Origin: Schmidtea polychroa
Lineage: Eukaryota
DNA length: 64,000 nucleotides
Direction of reading: 5' to 3'
Assembly (NCBI GenBank): GCA_044892525.1
Contig: CM097885.1
Span: 242,110,001 to 242,174,000 of the forward strand
Numbering within the stretch: position 1 is the stretch's first letter; every line of letters starts with the position of its first letter. The notes under the pieces were generated by a model. That model ran no database searches, was not told where the DNA came from, and worked only from the letters and a program-made list of their open reading frames with translations. The position numbers and the translations under genes are program-made. Below are positions 13,146 to 28,197 of this stretch, in pieces.

Positions 13146-15639
13146 AATGTTATTTCTTTAAATTAAGTTATTAAAACTTACAATTTTTCATTTTTATCAA
13201 GAAATCTAGAGATAGAGGACCTGGTTGAATATTTGAAATGGTTTGATGTTTCTATGTATCAAATGTTTACAGCCATTTTTTACTATATGTGCTGTGTTTA
13301 TGTGTTAAATTACTTTTCTACCACTTCCATATAAAAGTTTCCATTCATGAAAACATTAAATCTTTACACACAGATAAGTTTGTGTGTTTCGATACTATAA
13401 CTTTATTGATTTTTGTTTTAGATTCATTTTGATTGATTTTTTGATTCATTGAAATTAGTTGTAGCATTGATATGTATATTGAGTCTCATATTAATTTTGA
13501 TAATTAAAGCAAACTTATACTAATTAAAACTAAGCTTTATAAATATTTCAATAAATTTTTTTTCTCAAAACATATTGTAAAAATACGTTAATTTATTTTA
13601 CATAGAAAGTGGTATATAAGCATTTCAATTATTTTATAGACGAATTTGACTCCCTATTTTTTTCTTTAAAATTTTTTTCTAGTCCATTACGGTTTATCTT
13701 TTAATAAAAAATTATTAAATAAAATTAAAGATTTGCAAGAAAAATAATAATTAGAAATTTCAAGGTCAATCAAATAAAATATTTAAATAACAACTACAGT
13801 TTTATAATTATAAAATATTTAATTTGGAAAATTTTACATTAGATTGTTTATTAAGTGCCTCTTACTATTCTAGAAACTTAAGAGAAATATGACAAAATTA
13901 TTATTTTTTTATTCAGCGGCTGACTAATTTGATGAGATAAACTCGTTTATAAACATATATTTCATATTGATTAAATAAAAATATCTTTAAAAAATTCAAA
14001 AAAATTCAAAATATTTACATGATTATTAAAATTAAGTTTTTAAAAACAATTTAGGAATTTCTAAAATTTTTCACTTTTAATACTTTTTTTTAAAAATAAC
14101 TTCTATGGTAAAATTATAATTTTTTATTTATTATTTATTTATTATTTTACGATCTTGCTGCATTCAGGGAATATTTCTCCTACGTCTTTATTAAAAACAG
14201 AATGAATGAAATTCAGACAAATGTAAACTTCGGAAATTAATTGGTTTAAAAATAGTAAAATATTTCTGTTCATTATATGAAATTATAATATTACAAAAGA
14301 ATCTGTACTATTATCTACACTCTTATTAGGTGAGATCTCATAGTACAATAGTAATCCTCCTAATAAGTATATAGGTTTATATATAACTTCTATGTTAGCA
14401 TTCATTTAAGTTGGTTAAGTTTTGAATCATAAATATTTCTTTTTCTCATGGGATTTAAAAAACACGTTTTGCTATAAATGCCTATAAACAACATTTTGTA
14501 TTTATATTATTTTGTCTAAATAGTTTATTAATTATAATATTTTATATAGGGTTATTTTTAAACGAGTTTATTGTTATTAAATATTTATTTAATATTTATT
14601 TAATATTTATTTATATTTAATATTTTTTTATTTATATCTATTTTTTATATTTAAACTTAAATAAGACATTAGATTAAATTACATTAAATTAAAACTAAAT
14701 ATAAAGTGATCCATTTGGGACTTTTTTGTTTTTAGAGAAATTATAAATTAAATTGGTGGATATTATCTTAAAATAATGCCAGTGTCTGCTTTTTTTCAGA
14801 AATTATTTAATTGAATTTTGTGAATAAATTGCTTTTTATTTGGTTGAACTCCGCGGATTTCCGCTTTTTCATTGGATTCTATGATAAATTAGAATACATG
14901 ACATTTGCCGAGCATAATCATCTGATAAATTTATAAGTAATATAAAGTTAAAAAATATATTTAATCCATATAACTAAATTATTATATAATATAAATTCTT
15001 TTAGTATTTCATTTATTTTCATTACGCTTATAGATCAATTTTTTCAATACAACAAGCATTTTCGGCACTGCTTTTTTCAAAATTATTAATTTACCTGAAC
15101 AATCGTTTGTTAATAGTGACTTCTTTTTTTTATATATTTAAACTTAATTTTATTATAATATGAATTAAAAATGTAAAATAATTCACTATTAATAAACGAT
15201 TGATTAAATCAATTAAATAACACTTGAAAAGGGCTGGACATATTGATTTATATTCGGTGTAAAAATTAATGAAATTTTCAAATAAAACATATAAAGGTCA
15301 AAAGTGAACAAAAAATAAAAACAAAAAAGCATTACAAATTAATTAATTAATAAAAAATGCCAATTTATATAATTTATGCAAATAAAATTATTTAAATTAA
15401 AAAGGTCTACCTAATCTTGAATATTATTTTGAAAATTTTTTTCAATCTCGAAAACTTAATATATTTCAGGCTCTATAGATTTAATATTAAAATATTGAAA
15501 TTGAATTTTTAAATTTAAATTTATATTTGTGTTGAGAATATTATTTTAAAATTAATCATAAAATTGTTTTTGAAAGGCCCCATAATGAAATTTTTTGTAA
15601 TGTTTAAAATGTTTCCCAAATTTTCAATATTTCGGTAAG

Positions 15640-16230
15640 AAATCATGTGCTTTCCTTGGAAAATGTATTTTAGGATTTCATATCCTAAGATTGCCTGAAC
15701 TTCTCAAAATGCCACTAGAAACCCAGTAAACCTCTCGCAAAGTACCGCAACGATATTTCCCATGAAAGTGACTCGTCAATCTCCATAACTATTAGTTCAC
15801 CATTTGCATCAAACCCTCCTATTTCTGTTGCATTTCTATTCAGAAATACCTCGATATCTTCGCCGCGAAAGTTAAACCAGTCAACAACAGTGTTTGGTCG
15901 GCTTATATTTGATTCTTTTTAAGTAACATTTTATGGTCATTGGTGAAACAGTACATTATAATGAAAATCTGATCGAGTCTTAGATGACTTCTTATGAAGA
16001 ATGAATCATCTTAGACACTTTTCCCTGCATATGTCACAACGTCATATCATATCATCAAAATGTTAGATGTCTGTTCATAACTAATATGACTGATTACATT
16101 TTGTTCATATGCAAGAATTTCGCACTAATCGTTGATTAGTCAACCATATAAACACTGAAGCATCTACTTCCAACTGTTGTGGCATTTAAAACATCAACTA
16201 CAGCTATTTTCCTTCGATTTTTGGTCATCC
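15640..16230 (-). pseudogene. Merlin/ISXO2-type transposase remnant
   Basis: Minus strand reads NTVVDWFNFRGEDIEVFLNRNATEIGGFDANGELIVMEIDES followed by a frameshifted GKYRCG...YWV, i.e. the Merlin VDW.NF / IGG / VEIDES / KY.RG / WVFG motifs. Not in the ORF track. Confidence 0.8.
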
Positions 16231-17394
16231 AGCCTTTTTTAAAACAAATGATTTTTAATAAACAAAAATTTCAATATGTCTACTGACAGTTCTCTTGAAA
16301 ATTTTCTACTATCAAATATAAATTTATCGAATACATTTTTGTTTATATTTTTCATTTTATCAATTTAATATTATTACTTAAATAAATTATTTTTATTTTA
16401 ATTTAAATTTATATTTATATTATTTATTTCTTTTACTTAATTAATATTATTAGATTAATTTTAATTGATCATTTTAATAATTATTATTCCATGTAATTTT
16501 AATTTATTTATTATTATTACTATTTACTTTTATTTATTTCTTTTAATAATTAATATTTTGTTCTTAAGGAATTTTTTTATTAATATTTAAAATTTATTAT
16601 TGTATAGAACTCATTTATCTATATTCGTGATCAATTATATTTTATTATTTCATATATTTTTAGTTGCTTTTGAAGTATCCTATAATTATATAATTAATTA
16701 TTTAATTATGAAAAAAAAATTTCTAATTTGCAAATTTATTTGTAAAAATATTTGACAAGAAATATAGCAAATTGTTGTGCTGATAAATTATTATTATTCA
16801 ATTATAAAAACATTTATAACTAAAAAACATGGCACCTATAAATTATCAGATATTTTAGAAGTCAAATAAATAATAATTAGCGGCAAAATTCTGTAAAAAA
16901 GTAGCAATCCTATTAGTTTTATCGTTGGGGTCCGCTCAACTTGGGAAGTGTTATCAATGGGTCACTGAACAAGAAAGGTTGGAAACTGTTGTTTGAATAC
17001 CTATAGCATATTTTAATTATTCATGGATTCAACCTTTGCACTGGATGATATTACGTATTATTACCGTAATATGCTATTTGCATATATTAAAAAATCGCTC
17101 GGGTACACAAGTATTAATAATAAGATTATATATTTTCAAGCAAATAATATTTAATTGGAAATTTTTTTTACTTTAATATTAAAACATTCAAGATGAAAAC
17201 CATGTAAATGTAATTTAAATAAAAATCGATAAAGATTAAATTAAAATTGAAAGAAATTCATTTAATTAAAAAGAAAATTAAAAAATTTAATATATTTTTT
17301 TAACTTTATTATTCATAATAATAAATTTGAAATGGTTGTAATTATTAAAGTGGAGACTAAATTAAAATAATGTGAACATTCTACTTGACAAACC

Positions 17395-17964
17395 CAGTGG
17401 CGTGTTTGCAGAAAATGACGCCCTATGCGCACATCTTTTTGGGGGCCTTTCGAACATTGACTACTGGTATGTAGCCTTAGCTTATGTCCAAAAAGTTGTC
17501 CAAAAACTCGAATTTGAAATTGAAACCGTTTTGTGATTTTAACAATGATTTAAAAATAATTGTTTATAGAAACTATTTTCAAGGAATGCGATTCGATGTG
17601 ATTTTAGTGAAAAAAAGCATGAAAAGTAATGTAATGCGATATAACGTTAAGTTTCAAAAAATTTTAAATTGAATTGCTGTTACTTTTTTACCAACTAGAA
17701 TAGTAGTCAAAAATAACGTTATAAAAATAGAAGAGAATATAGATTATAGAGTTAAAGTTGCAAAACATGCGAATTAAAAATTCCAACAAAAAAGTTTATA
17801 GGTACATTATGCATGGGTTATATTTACAATAAGTCATTAAAGTCAAAATTCATAGTTGTTAATTTTTATTAAAAAATTTTTAATTAGTTTCGTTTGATTT
17901 GGCCACTCAAGCTTTTCGGGCCCTAGGCGCGCGCCTAAAGCGCCTATGCGTAAACGTGCTACTG
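17395..17964. mobile_element. hAT-type MITE with 8-bp TSD
   Basis: Ends CAGTGGCGTGTTT ... AAACGTGCTACTG, with a perfect TSD GACAAACC on both sides (17387-17394, 17965-17972). Confidence 0.9.
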
Positions 17965-19039
17965 GACAAACCAACAAATTTACATTCTACAGAATTTATT
18001 TTTAAATTTTAAATATTTTTTAACGTTTCTTTTCAGTTATAAAATATTTTTTAAATAAATTTCAAGTTTTTTCGTAAATGAGATTTTTAATTTAAATGAT
18101 TATATTTTTCATATATTTTTTTTTCCTTTTCATATATATTAAAATACCAAATAAAAATAAAATATAATTTATTATTTATGACATAAAAAATTATATCTGT
18201 AGAAAAATTTTAATTATAAATCAAAAATTTTTTCGCAATTTTATCTTTTGAACTAATTTGCTTTCTATGTCAACGGTAACTGAAATGCTTGTCAAGAATT
18301 CTATTTATTATGGTTTGGTTTTTCTTTGAGTCTATTAATATAAATCGCAAAAGATATTTATAAAAATGCTTGTCATAATATTTGAGTAAGATTGAAGAAA
18401 ATTATTATTTCTGAAAAAATTTATTTTATTGTAATTTTATCAGAATGTCACAAGTTTTCCAATAAAATATTCAATAAAATATTTTTCCCGAAGCAATTTT
18501 GTTACTTAATAATAAATTCGGTGAATAGCTTTTGGTGATTTTAGGGAATAAATAATTTTGGATCAGATTTTTTTCAAATGATGAATAATCTCATTCATAA
18601 AGTTGTAACAAAATTTATATGTAGTTAAACAGTAAAATCCCATTATTTTTTAAAAATACATTTCATTAAAGTAATAATTTTTAAAAATATAACCAAAAAT
18701 AAATATTGAAAAATTCTTATATATATTCTTCTTATATATTTTTAAAATTTAAACAATAATAATTTTTTGTTTTAATGTTATTATTATATATAACTTAAAT
18801 AATTTTCAGACTTTGGAATCGAATAGAATCATATTATTTTTGTTTAAATTTTCAATAAATTAAAAAAGATTTCATCTTATATTTATTGTGGTTGTCATTA
18901 AATTTCGAAGTTGTTCGATGATTGTTTTAGTGTAAAGGTTATCAATCATTTTTATGAAAAAATTAGTAAGAACAATTTTATTTGCTTTGAATGCATTAAT
19001 ATGTAACTTAAATAGTTTCTAAAATGTTTTTTACAAGAT

Positions 19040-19555
19040 TGTGTGTGTTCGTGATCTACTTATTTATTGATTAAATCTATATGACCTACTTATTTATTAA
19101 AACTATATAGTATAGATTGTGCAAGCGGGACTATGTTTTTTACGAGTGTGTGTGTGTGTGTGTGTGATCTACTTAATTATATATTAAATATATATGACGC
19201 ACTTATTTATTTATTACTGGTTTATAAAGTATATATTGTGTCAGTGAATACTATGTATTTTTACGGATGTATGTATGTGCGTAAAATTTATATCTAATAA
19301 AACTTTATAGTATATATTGTGTTAGCGGGGACTATGTTTTAAAGTCGACTTGACCTACTTAAAATTTTATTAATTTAACCTGAAATACATAAAAATACCA
19401 TGAAAATCATAAAAATCCATGAAAACATAAAAATTACGTGAGAAACTTTAAATTTTCGTGACCTTCTTAAAAATATTAGGTAAAATCTTTTTAGCTGAAT
19501 ATTCTTTTCCTCAGCCGGGGAGGGGTTTGTGTCAGTTGGGACCAATCCATTTACT
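19040..19555 (-). repeat. Repeat with internal tandem subunits, putative Polinton-type TIR segment (homologous to 56770-57290)
   Basis: Minus strand starts AGTAAATGGATTGGTCCC. Contains repeated GACCTACTTATTTATT and GCGGG(G)ACTATGTTTT units plus a (GT)n tract. Confidence 0.6.
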
Positions 19556-20049
19556 ATATATCTATATTTCCATCCCAACAAATTTCTAGAACTATCAACA
19601 AAATATAATATCAACATTCTCGCTAATTTAATGATCTGGATTATTTGATATTCATTTATACAAATTTCAGCTTATTTATTTATTAGAAAGCCCTTTTGTA
19701 ATAGTTTTTATGTTGTAGTAAAAGGAAATTGCATGCTTATTTTGAAATAGAGGTTTTTGTTTCATCTTTTATGTTGTTCACAGCCAAATTAGTTTGACGA
19801 TTTTGTAAATTTTTAATTTTCTCAGTAATTGACGAAAAGTTGCAAATCTTACATTTGAGCCCTTGTTAAAAAATGTATTGAGGTCAACTGATTATTTTAC
19901 TTAACCATACATATATAATCTTATAAAGTTATGTATAAATAATATATTATTTTTAAAATTTTAGCATTTGGAATTTAATTTAATAATTTAAAAATTTTTT
20001 TTATTAATTATTTAATTTAACAAACAACAATCAATTCATACAATATACA

Positions 20050-22345
20050 AAAAATTATTTAAAAACATTTAAAATACATGTATTCAATGCATTCTGCGCA
20101 TTAATTTTCGGATTTAATTACTTTATTAACAACCCCTCACAAATCACACGTTCCCAATAATTATCGAAATTTTTTAATAAAATTTTAAAATCAGACAAAC
20201 TTGTTTTACTCTTACAGCCCTTATTGTGCTTACTAATATTGATCAAAGCCTTCGGTATATAATGCTCTTGAGCTCGAATGTAGAGATTACGGGAAGTCTC
20301 TCCAATGTATGTTGCGTTACACCCATTACATGTAAACTGATAAACGAGATTGGAACATAATTCGACCGGAGTTTCAGACTTATTAATAAACATATTGCGT
20401 ACTTTCCATGATGTTGACACTATTCTATAGTTTAAATTCCCTAACTGCTTTCTTATCTTCACTTTATAATCCCTAAAACCTTCTGAGTACGGCAATACTA
20501 ACACAAATTTAGGCGCATCATCCTTGCGCACACTATTCAATTTATTTAACTCATCAGACTCACACACCTCAACAAAATCACACCCAGATTTTCTCAAACA
20601 TGGATCCTTAGGGTTTTTAATAAATTTGTCAACAGTCTTTTTTACCATAATTAAACAAAAGGATTTTGAATAACCGTTCTTCATTAACAATTCAACCAAT
20701 TTGTCAACACTTTTACTGAATTTACAAAAGTAGAAGACAAAGACCATGAACTATAAAGCAATCGCTTCACCATATTTCTTTTATACTTTTATTCACAAAT
20801 ACTTTTGGATGAAGTATAGAGATCAGTATCAGTTGGTTCTCTATAAATCTCTGCCTCGTAGTGTTTCTCTTTGCGTTGTATTAACAGATCCAAGAAAGCA
20901 AGTGATGATTTTTTCTCCATATCACATGTGAATACAATGTTTTATGTAGACTATTCATATAATGCAAAAACGTATCAACATGTCTCTGATTTTCAAATAT
21001 AAGGAAAATATCATCCACATACCGTTTATGCAATTTTCTTTCCTAAGCTTGCTAAAAAATTGAAGTTGGTGCTAAAGGAGAACCCCTAGCAACTCGATCT
21101 ATTTGTTGATACCATTCATTATTTAAAAGAAAATTGATTTTTGAAGTAGCAAATTCAAGAAGTTCACGAAATGCCCTTCTATCCAAAATATGATGTTCAG
21201 AGATATTTTCATTCCATAACAAGCAACATAATCCAATTGTTTCAACCAATGGCACATTAGTAAACAGACTACAAACATCAAACGAAACCATAATTTCATC
21301 CATACTTTGTCTATCATATTGTGCAATGCAGAAAACAAATTCAAAACTATCTTTACATTTGAATTCTGTTCGTATTAATGGTTTTAATAATCCATCCAAA
21401 AACTTGGCTATTTTAAATTGGGCAGTGCCAATCATGGATAAAACAGGTCTCATATGCACGCCATCTTTATGGGTTTTTGGAAGCCCATACATTTTTGCTG
21501 GTTGTGACCACATTAGGCAAATAGATTTAAACAACTCTTCATCAATTTGCTTATTTTTAATTAATTTATTCAGTATCTCTTTCAACAAATTCTCATCCTT
21601 AAGAGGAGGCTGTATTCCATTTTTCCGAGAAATCTCTATTTTCACAAACTGGGGAGCGTTCAAAACATCATTAAACTTATTCACATATACATCGTGGTCG
21701 AGAATTACTAATCAATTTCCTTTATCAAACTTGCATATATTGATGTCTTTTTTAGCTAAATTTTTTAATACAGAAAAATCTTTAATATTCTACTTTTTAT
21801 TTTTATCAATATACTCCATCGTACTCGAACTCAACACACTCTTCACATAATTAGTATCTTTCATCGATCGAAGTATATGAAAGTATAAACTTTCAATCTT
21901 AGCACATAATTTTGTTTCATCAATTCTTTTCTAATGAAATGATTGGGACCAAATTTCAAAATAAGCTCCTCCTCTTCAGACAAAACAACTTTACTCATGT
22001 TTATTAATGTATTCTCTACACTAAATTTAGAGATCCCAAATAAATTTATCAAATTTTTTAATTTATTAATATGAGCATTCTCTTTTGATTTTAACTGAGA
22101 AATTGAATGTTTAATACATCATTCAACACATACCTGCAAACAAAACTCATTTGTTATTTGATTCAAAGTAAATTCAATATTTAATAGTTTTTTATTATCT
22201 CCTTATCTTCTCTGATTCCAACATTCTTCTTAACGTTCTTTTATGTATTATTTGCACATCTTTACTTGAAAGACAATCACTAAGTTTCATTTTAAAAATG
22301 AACGAAGGAATCATCTTTTCTTCTAGACAAGTCTCAAGAAAACAA
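20050..22345 (-). mobile_element. Penelope-like element (RT + C-terminal GIY-YIG), degraded
   Basis: N-terminal FLETCLEEKMIP; RT motifs MYGLPKTHK, MRPVLS, SFDVCSLFTNVP, GSPLAP, RYVDDIF (~21000); endonuclease LVYQFTCNGCNATYIGETSRNL..RAQEH. Several frameshifts and stops. Confidence 0.92.
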
Positions 22346-22769
22346 ATGTCTAGTATGATATATAAATATAAATTATATATAAATAAATAAAATAAGTTAT
22401 GCTATAATTGTAATTGTTACAATTACAATTGTCTTACATTCCCACTTCAACATTTCAAATATTAATTAAATCAAAGAGTGACTAAAAAGGAGTACAACGC
22501 CTTCTATCTATCAAGATTTCATTTTATAAATAAAGAAAAGTGAACCTCCCATTTAAACAAGCTTTGTATTGAAAGGTTTTGGACATGTTCTTTTTGTATA
22601 TTTTGTGTCTTTTGATGTGAATAATACACTTTATCACTGGCTATTCGATTTTGATTATTATTCTTTTCCTTTACGATTTCTCATGTCAATTATAAAATTG
22701 ATGAATTAAAAAATAATTACAAAAATTTAGAATATTTGAGCTTTCTAAATATAGGAAATTGTTTTTGCA

Positions 22770-24300
22770 ATTAATGGAAAAGATGAACGAAGGGAAATTA
22801 TTTATAAATAATACAATATTTATTCGATAAATAAAATTTATTCATTTATTAGATATGATGCAATGGAAGTAGACCAAAAGATAGACATTCGATAAGTCTA
22901 CTTGGCATAGGAACAAATATTTGTGTTCTTGATGGCAGTCTAATTGAACAATACCATATAAATAATATCAACATGGAAGTAAAATAAAATACAAATAGCA
23001 ATCGTTTTAACACAATGGAAACTATAACAGCAAACATTAAAACTCGCGGAATAAAAAAAGGTAAAGACATTCAAATGTGCATTGCCGATGAAAACATCGA
23101 AACATGATTAGGGGTAGGAATATTATAAACTTTAGAATTCGTTTAAAAATGAATGATTATAAAAGTAACATTCTTGTCAATAATTTACAAATACTGTCTG
23201 TCAATTTCATATAAAATGAAATAAATGAAGAAAGTGTTTGTTTTAATGAAGTATAAATTGATTATTCTTGCTTCGCTTAATCCAACGAGACAACCAGTAC
23301 ATTTACTGGATAAATTGATGAGCAACTACAACTGTAGCACGTTTGATATTAATAATATAATAGCCGTCATTAATTTGTTTGTTTGTTTGTACGTGTGTCA
23401 GATGCATAGGCATGTAAATTATTCAGAATTCATAAACTAGACCGAATTATATTAAATTTAACATATAAATAAAATACTGCTGAAATCCATACAAACAAAA
23501 TTTAACTATAAGTTACTTGAAAAATTTTAAAAATAAAAGTTGGACTAGCAAAAGATTTAAAACTGAAACTGCAGTTCAATTATAGGAATAAAAGAAATAA
23601 AGTTTTAATAGAATGCCTTTTGTAAGCAGTGACACCGGGGAATTTTGAAAAGCTATGAATAAAGTGCCGGTCGAATTGAAAAAGAATCAGTAGAAGAAAT
23701 TTTCGAAAAACATTTTCAGTTAATTGGAAAAATATTTTAGAAATAAAGAAGCCAATATTAAAAATATACTTATCAAAAAGTATTACTTTATAAAAAGTAA
23801 AATTGAATTTGTTGAACAAAAATACATTTAAACAAATTCAAAATAAAAAAAAACACAATCAAAGAATTCGGAAAAACAAAAAAAATCATAAAGAGGTGAG
23901 TTTATTTGATATGATCACAGAAAGTGATGTCATACGAAATCTAGGAAAAGGTAATTTTATTATGAAAAACATAACTAATTTAATAAAAGAAGTTTAAAGT
24001 TGCAAAAATTGTCAAAAATAATAATTTAAAACAAGAAATATATATTTGCAATAATTGACCAAAATAGTAAATATGTGTCTGAGTATACATATAGTATTTT
24101 ACTACTGCATCAATACAGAACAAATGGATACATGGAACTCTTACAGTTATAAACACCAATAAAGGTAGGAGTTTTAAAAGTGGAATTGTTAAAGAATTAT
24201 GTAAGAGATAAATCAAGGTATAACTTTTTCAAGTCCATATCATCATTCTTTAAAAGAGAGATTGAAAAACTGTTCCCAACTATATATGATGAGATCCAAT
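22770..24300 (+). mobile_element. Highly degraded Ty3/gypsy relic (gag-protease and integrase fragments)
   Basis: DAMEVD gag-like motif (~22858); protease-like LLGIGTNICV; integrase-like SCKNCQK, IFAIIDQNSKYV, NKWIHG..INTNKGRSFKS, SPYHH. Confidence 0.6.
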
Positions 24301-24377
24301 TGCACAAGCCTGTAAAATCAATAAAAGTGCAAAATTAATTAAAACTTACAAAAAATAAAACATCAATATTTAACTGG

Positions 24378-25024
24378 TGTATCGGGTGATTGAATGCCAA
24401 ATTGATAGACGAGCTTAGATATGATAATGAAAATCTAATAAGGTGTTCACATGGAAAGTTAATGCTAAAAACAAATTAATTAAAATTAATTAATCTGTAA
24501 TGGAAAGCCTGAGCCAATGGGAAGCACGAGCCCATGGGAAACCCGATGCGCAGTGAGACCCGATAGATCAGATAATTGAGGGAATATTTCGAGCCCCAAT
24601 CTAGGATAAACAAATTAAAATAATTTGGAAACCGTCAAATGTTTACCTAGGATTCCCGGGAAATAATTAATTGAGATTCTGTAGATAATTGCCCTCTCAG
24701 AAACAATATAAAAATAGAGCTCAAAAACAGACAAGCGGCCATTTGGTCGAAGACAAAAGAAAAGAGAATCTCAGAAATCCGGTATCAGTGATCAAAAAAA
24801 AATCTAGTAATTCGAAAAAAGTTTAAGACTCGTACCAGAAAAGGTGATTGCCTCTTGGGTTATCTACCTTATCGAGCGAAAATTGTCTTGAGCGAAAGGT
24901 GCAAATAGTGACAAATTGTAATTTATTTAAAGTTGAATAAAGTATTCTGTGTTGGGTTTCGACTTATTTGTTTGAATAAGAAGACGAGGAGTCAGAGAGA
25001 GAACCAACTTTAAAAAACCCAGCA
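24378..25024 (+). repeat. LTR-like repeat (related to 58523-59790)
   Basis: TG start and CA end, ~18-bp GAGCCAATGGGAAACCC-like tandem units, TATA-like and AATAAA motifs. Directly follows the gypsy integrase relic. No TSD found. Confidence 0.45.
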
Positions 25025-25908
25025 TGAATGTTCTGGCAAAATGATTGATCAAAGACATGAAATGAAGTTTTGAAGTTAAAACTTAAAGACCTTAATATGA
25101 GACAACGAATGGTGGAGACCTTTTTTTAAAATAGTTTAATAATTTAATAAATTAACATTTTTATTACAACTTAATACAAATATTTTTGAATTTTTTAAAT
25201 AACTTTAAATTAAGCATAGAAAATGGTAAATAAACTTTTGCTGTTAAATATTTATTAAGTGAAAATTTTCTAAAAAATATTATTATTTTATAATCGAAGT
25301 TTCATTTAATAAATATTTTGCAGAAAAAGCTTATTTTGTCATTTACATGTTTAATATTTAAATTAAACACTTGTTGTATTCTTTGCATGAATGTTGTAAT
25401 CTTTGCTGAGTAAACTTGTTTATTTATTTTCCTAAAAAATAGTTATATTATTACAACTCAGAAGCTCTGCTAATAAAAACGTGTATGGTTAACATTAGAA
25501 ATAGTGATGAAAATAAGTTATCTCGGGGCTCCGGGTTTAACTATTATTTCTCCGGACAACGTAAGTAAAATTGAATATGCAAAAAATTATGTCATCTCGA
25601 GGGAGCCGTTACAACTAACACTTATTCGCGCCAAAACATCGCTATTGCGGAGACCATCGACGCGTACATTCGATTGCACCGTTCATATTAGCACGACTCG
25701 CGACAGCACGTGTATAGAGAACCTTTTTGTATCTGTTCAGTCAGTGCTACATTGATGATAATTTAGTCTAGTTTGATAACCCGTGTTCCGTGTTGATTGA
25801 TGATAAATGGTAAGTTATACTGATAGTTACTTTACACGTAATTAAGTTTATGCTGATTTTAATAGGCTGATAGAAATTCTATTCTATCAATTATATTGCA
25901 GAGACTGC

Positions 25909-25993
25909 GGTTGCCACCTCTCCGGGTTTTGTCCCAAAAACTCCTGGTTTCAGTGAGTTATCCCGGCCGAGACCCAGATCTGAGGTGGCAACC
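25909..25993. mobile_element. Small MITE-like inverted-repeat element
   Basis: Perfect 12-bp TIR GGTTGCCACCTC ... GAGGTGGCAACC. Confidence 0.65.
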
Positions 25994-26113
25994 CTAATAA
26001 TAATTCTAAAAATTTCAATTGAGCAATTGCAAAATTCTGCAATCAATAAAATAAGACTTTGTATTTGCTGAGAATATTTAATATGATGAGAAACAGAAAA
26101 TATAATTGTTTAA

Positions 26114-26336
26114 CCACTTGCCGGGCGATTTTTTTTCATGTTTTCGGTCAAAAAAACTATTTTTTTAAATCATTAATTAATAATATATAATCAAAATATA
26201 ACGTAAATATTTTTTTTTAATTTTCCGAGTTTGTATTCACTAATTTTTCTATATGAGTTTGCGTTCACATGTGAGCGCTCGCCCGAAATGGTACACATTT
26301 TTTGCACTCATATTTGAGCGCGCGCCTGGCAAGTGG
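26114..26336. mobile_element. piggyBac-type MITE
   Basis: TTAA|CCACTTGCCGGGCG ... CGCCTGGCAAGTGG|TTAA. Confidence 0.85.
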
Positions 26337-28197
26337 TTAATAATAGTTTGGGATGACAATTAAAATATATGAAGGTGGGATAAAATTGAAAGGTTTCATT
26401 TATATAATTTCTACGTTAATATATTTCCTTATTGATATGCTACTGTTTATTATTAAATATTATATTTGCAGAATTTTGGTTTGGTATTAACTTTAAATTT
26501 TAAATACAATATTTTATTACTAATTATTTTTTCAATTTATGATGCTGCTAATTGCCCCTGTAGATTCAATTTTAGTTTGCTCCCTAGATAACAGGAAATT
26601 AGAGAAAATTATTAAAAATATTAGATTGTTTTAATTAGGTAATTATTGCAATATTAAATATGTGAATAAATTTTAAAATTGTTATTATGTTGAGTAGTTG
26701 TCGGCCCGTCAAATATAGATTGAACTCCTTATAAATGCTTTTGACATGTTCATTTTGCCGTGACCTCTTTATATGACGCCATGGGCCTTATTATTAATAA
26801 AATCGCTCCCTTATATAAATAAAACGACATAAATATTAAAGTTCTCACTGTGAAATACAAACTCTAGAAAAGAAATATTTGGTCATTTTATGTTTAGTTA
26901 AATCTTTAGAAATATTAAATATAAAAAATATCATTAAAGAATTATACTATTGGTCACAGAAGCTGTTTAACATCAACATGAAAATAAAATTTAAACACAT
27001 TTTATTAATTTTCTTATGTAAAAAAAAATAAAAAATGTTTGTTTTAATTTTCTAACTTTTTCCCATCTTTTTAGAATTACAAATTATTTTACATTTAAAT
27101 ATAACTAATTGACTTTCTCAACATTGGATTTTTAAATTTTTGAGAAAAAACATTTGACTAGATTTTAACAACTACAAAACTTGCAAATATTATACAGTCA
27201 ACTAATTATCCGTTTACATTTTTGTCAAATTGGTAAGTCATCTGGAAAACATGATATTAATCAGGCATGTCATTATTATTTGGCATTTAGCTTAATTTAA
27301 TATGAAATTTTTAACAGGATATAAAATAAACTAAATTTTATATTTGTCTAGGAATTTATTCAAAAAGCTTTATTTCCTAACTTAGAAGTTTTGAGAAATT
27401 TGAGATATTTTTTATTTTTTAAACCCAAAAAAGACCTATATTGTTTATTTAACAAAATTTCTTTTGAAAATTCAACAGATATAATATTATTCAATTTGAA
27501 ATTTACAAAACAGACACCTAGAATCTATAGATTTGGCCATCCGTAACAGCTATTAGCTCTTTCGGGTACTTTAAATAGCTAGGGAGGCTATGTGTATATT
27601 TTTGTGTAAATTTTTCAGAAACACTAACGAAAGCCATTAATAAAATAATTTTTTTTAATTTTTGATGAATTAAAAATGTAGCTGTAAATTGTAGAAAAAC
27701 TGATAATGTTGACTTCTATGGAGTTATAAATATCAAAATTTATTCAATTTAATTTTCATTTTTACTTTTATTACCATAGATAGTTTTTAAATATTTTTCA
27801 ATAAAGTTTTGTTTTAAACTATATACTAATAATTCCTTATTCAAATGTTAGACATCCGTAAAAAAAAATTTTACACCATTACAAGTTAAAAATATAGTGG
27901 TAAAAAGATGCTTTGTGGGAAAAGTCCACTTATCAAATGAAAATAATGAAAGGTAGCGTAGATTTCCGGTAAAATAAAAATAAATTTCCCCAGTTTAGTC
28001 TCTTCGTATAAAAGTTGTTCAGAATTTTTACAGATTTTAATACTTTTCAGTCTTTCTAAAAATTATTGAATGTAATATAAAATTGTAAATTCAACCACAA
28101 AAATGTTTAATTATTATTAATAATTGAAAGATTTTAGTTCTAAAAATCAAAAATCTTTAATTTTCTTAACCACTTATCAGTTTTGCACGAGCGTGAC

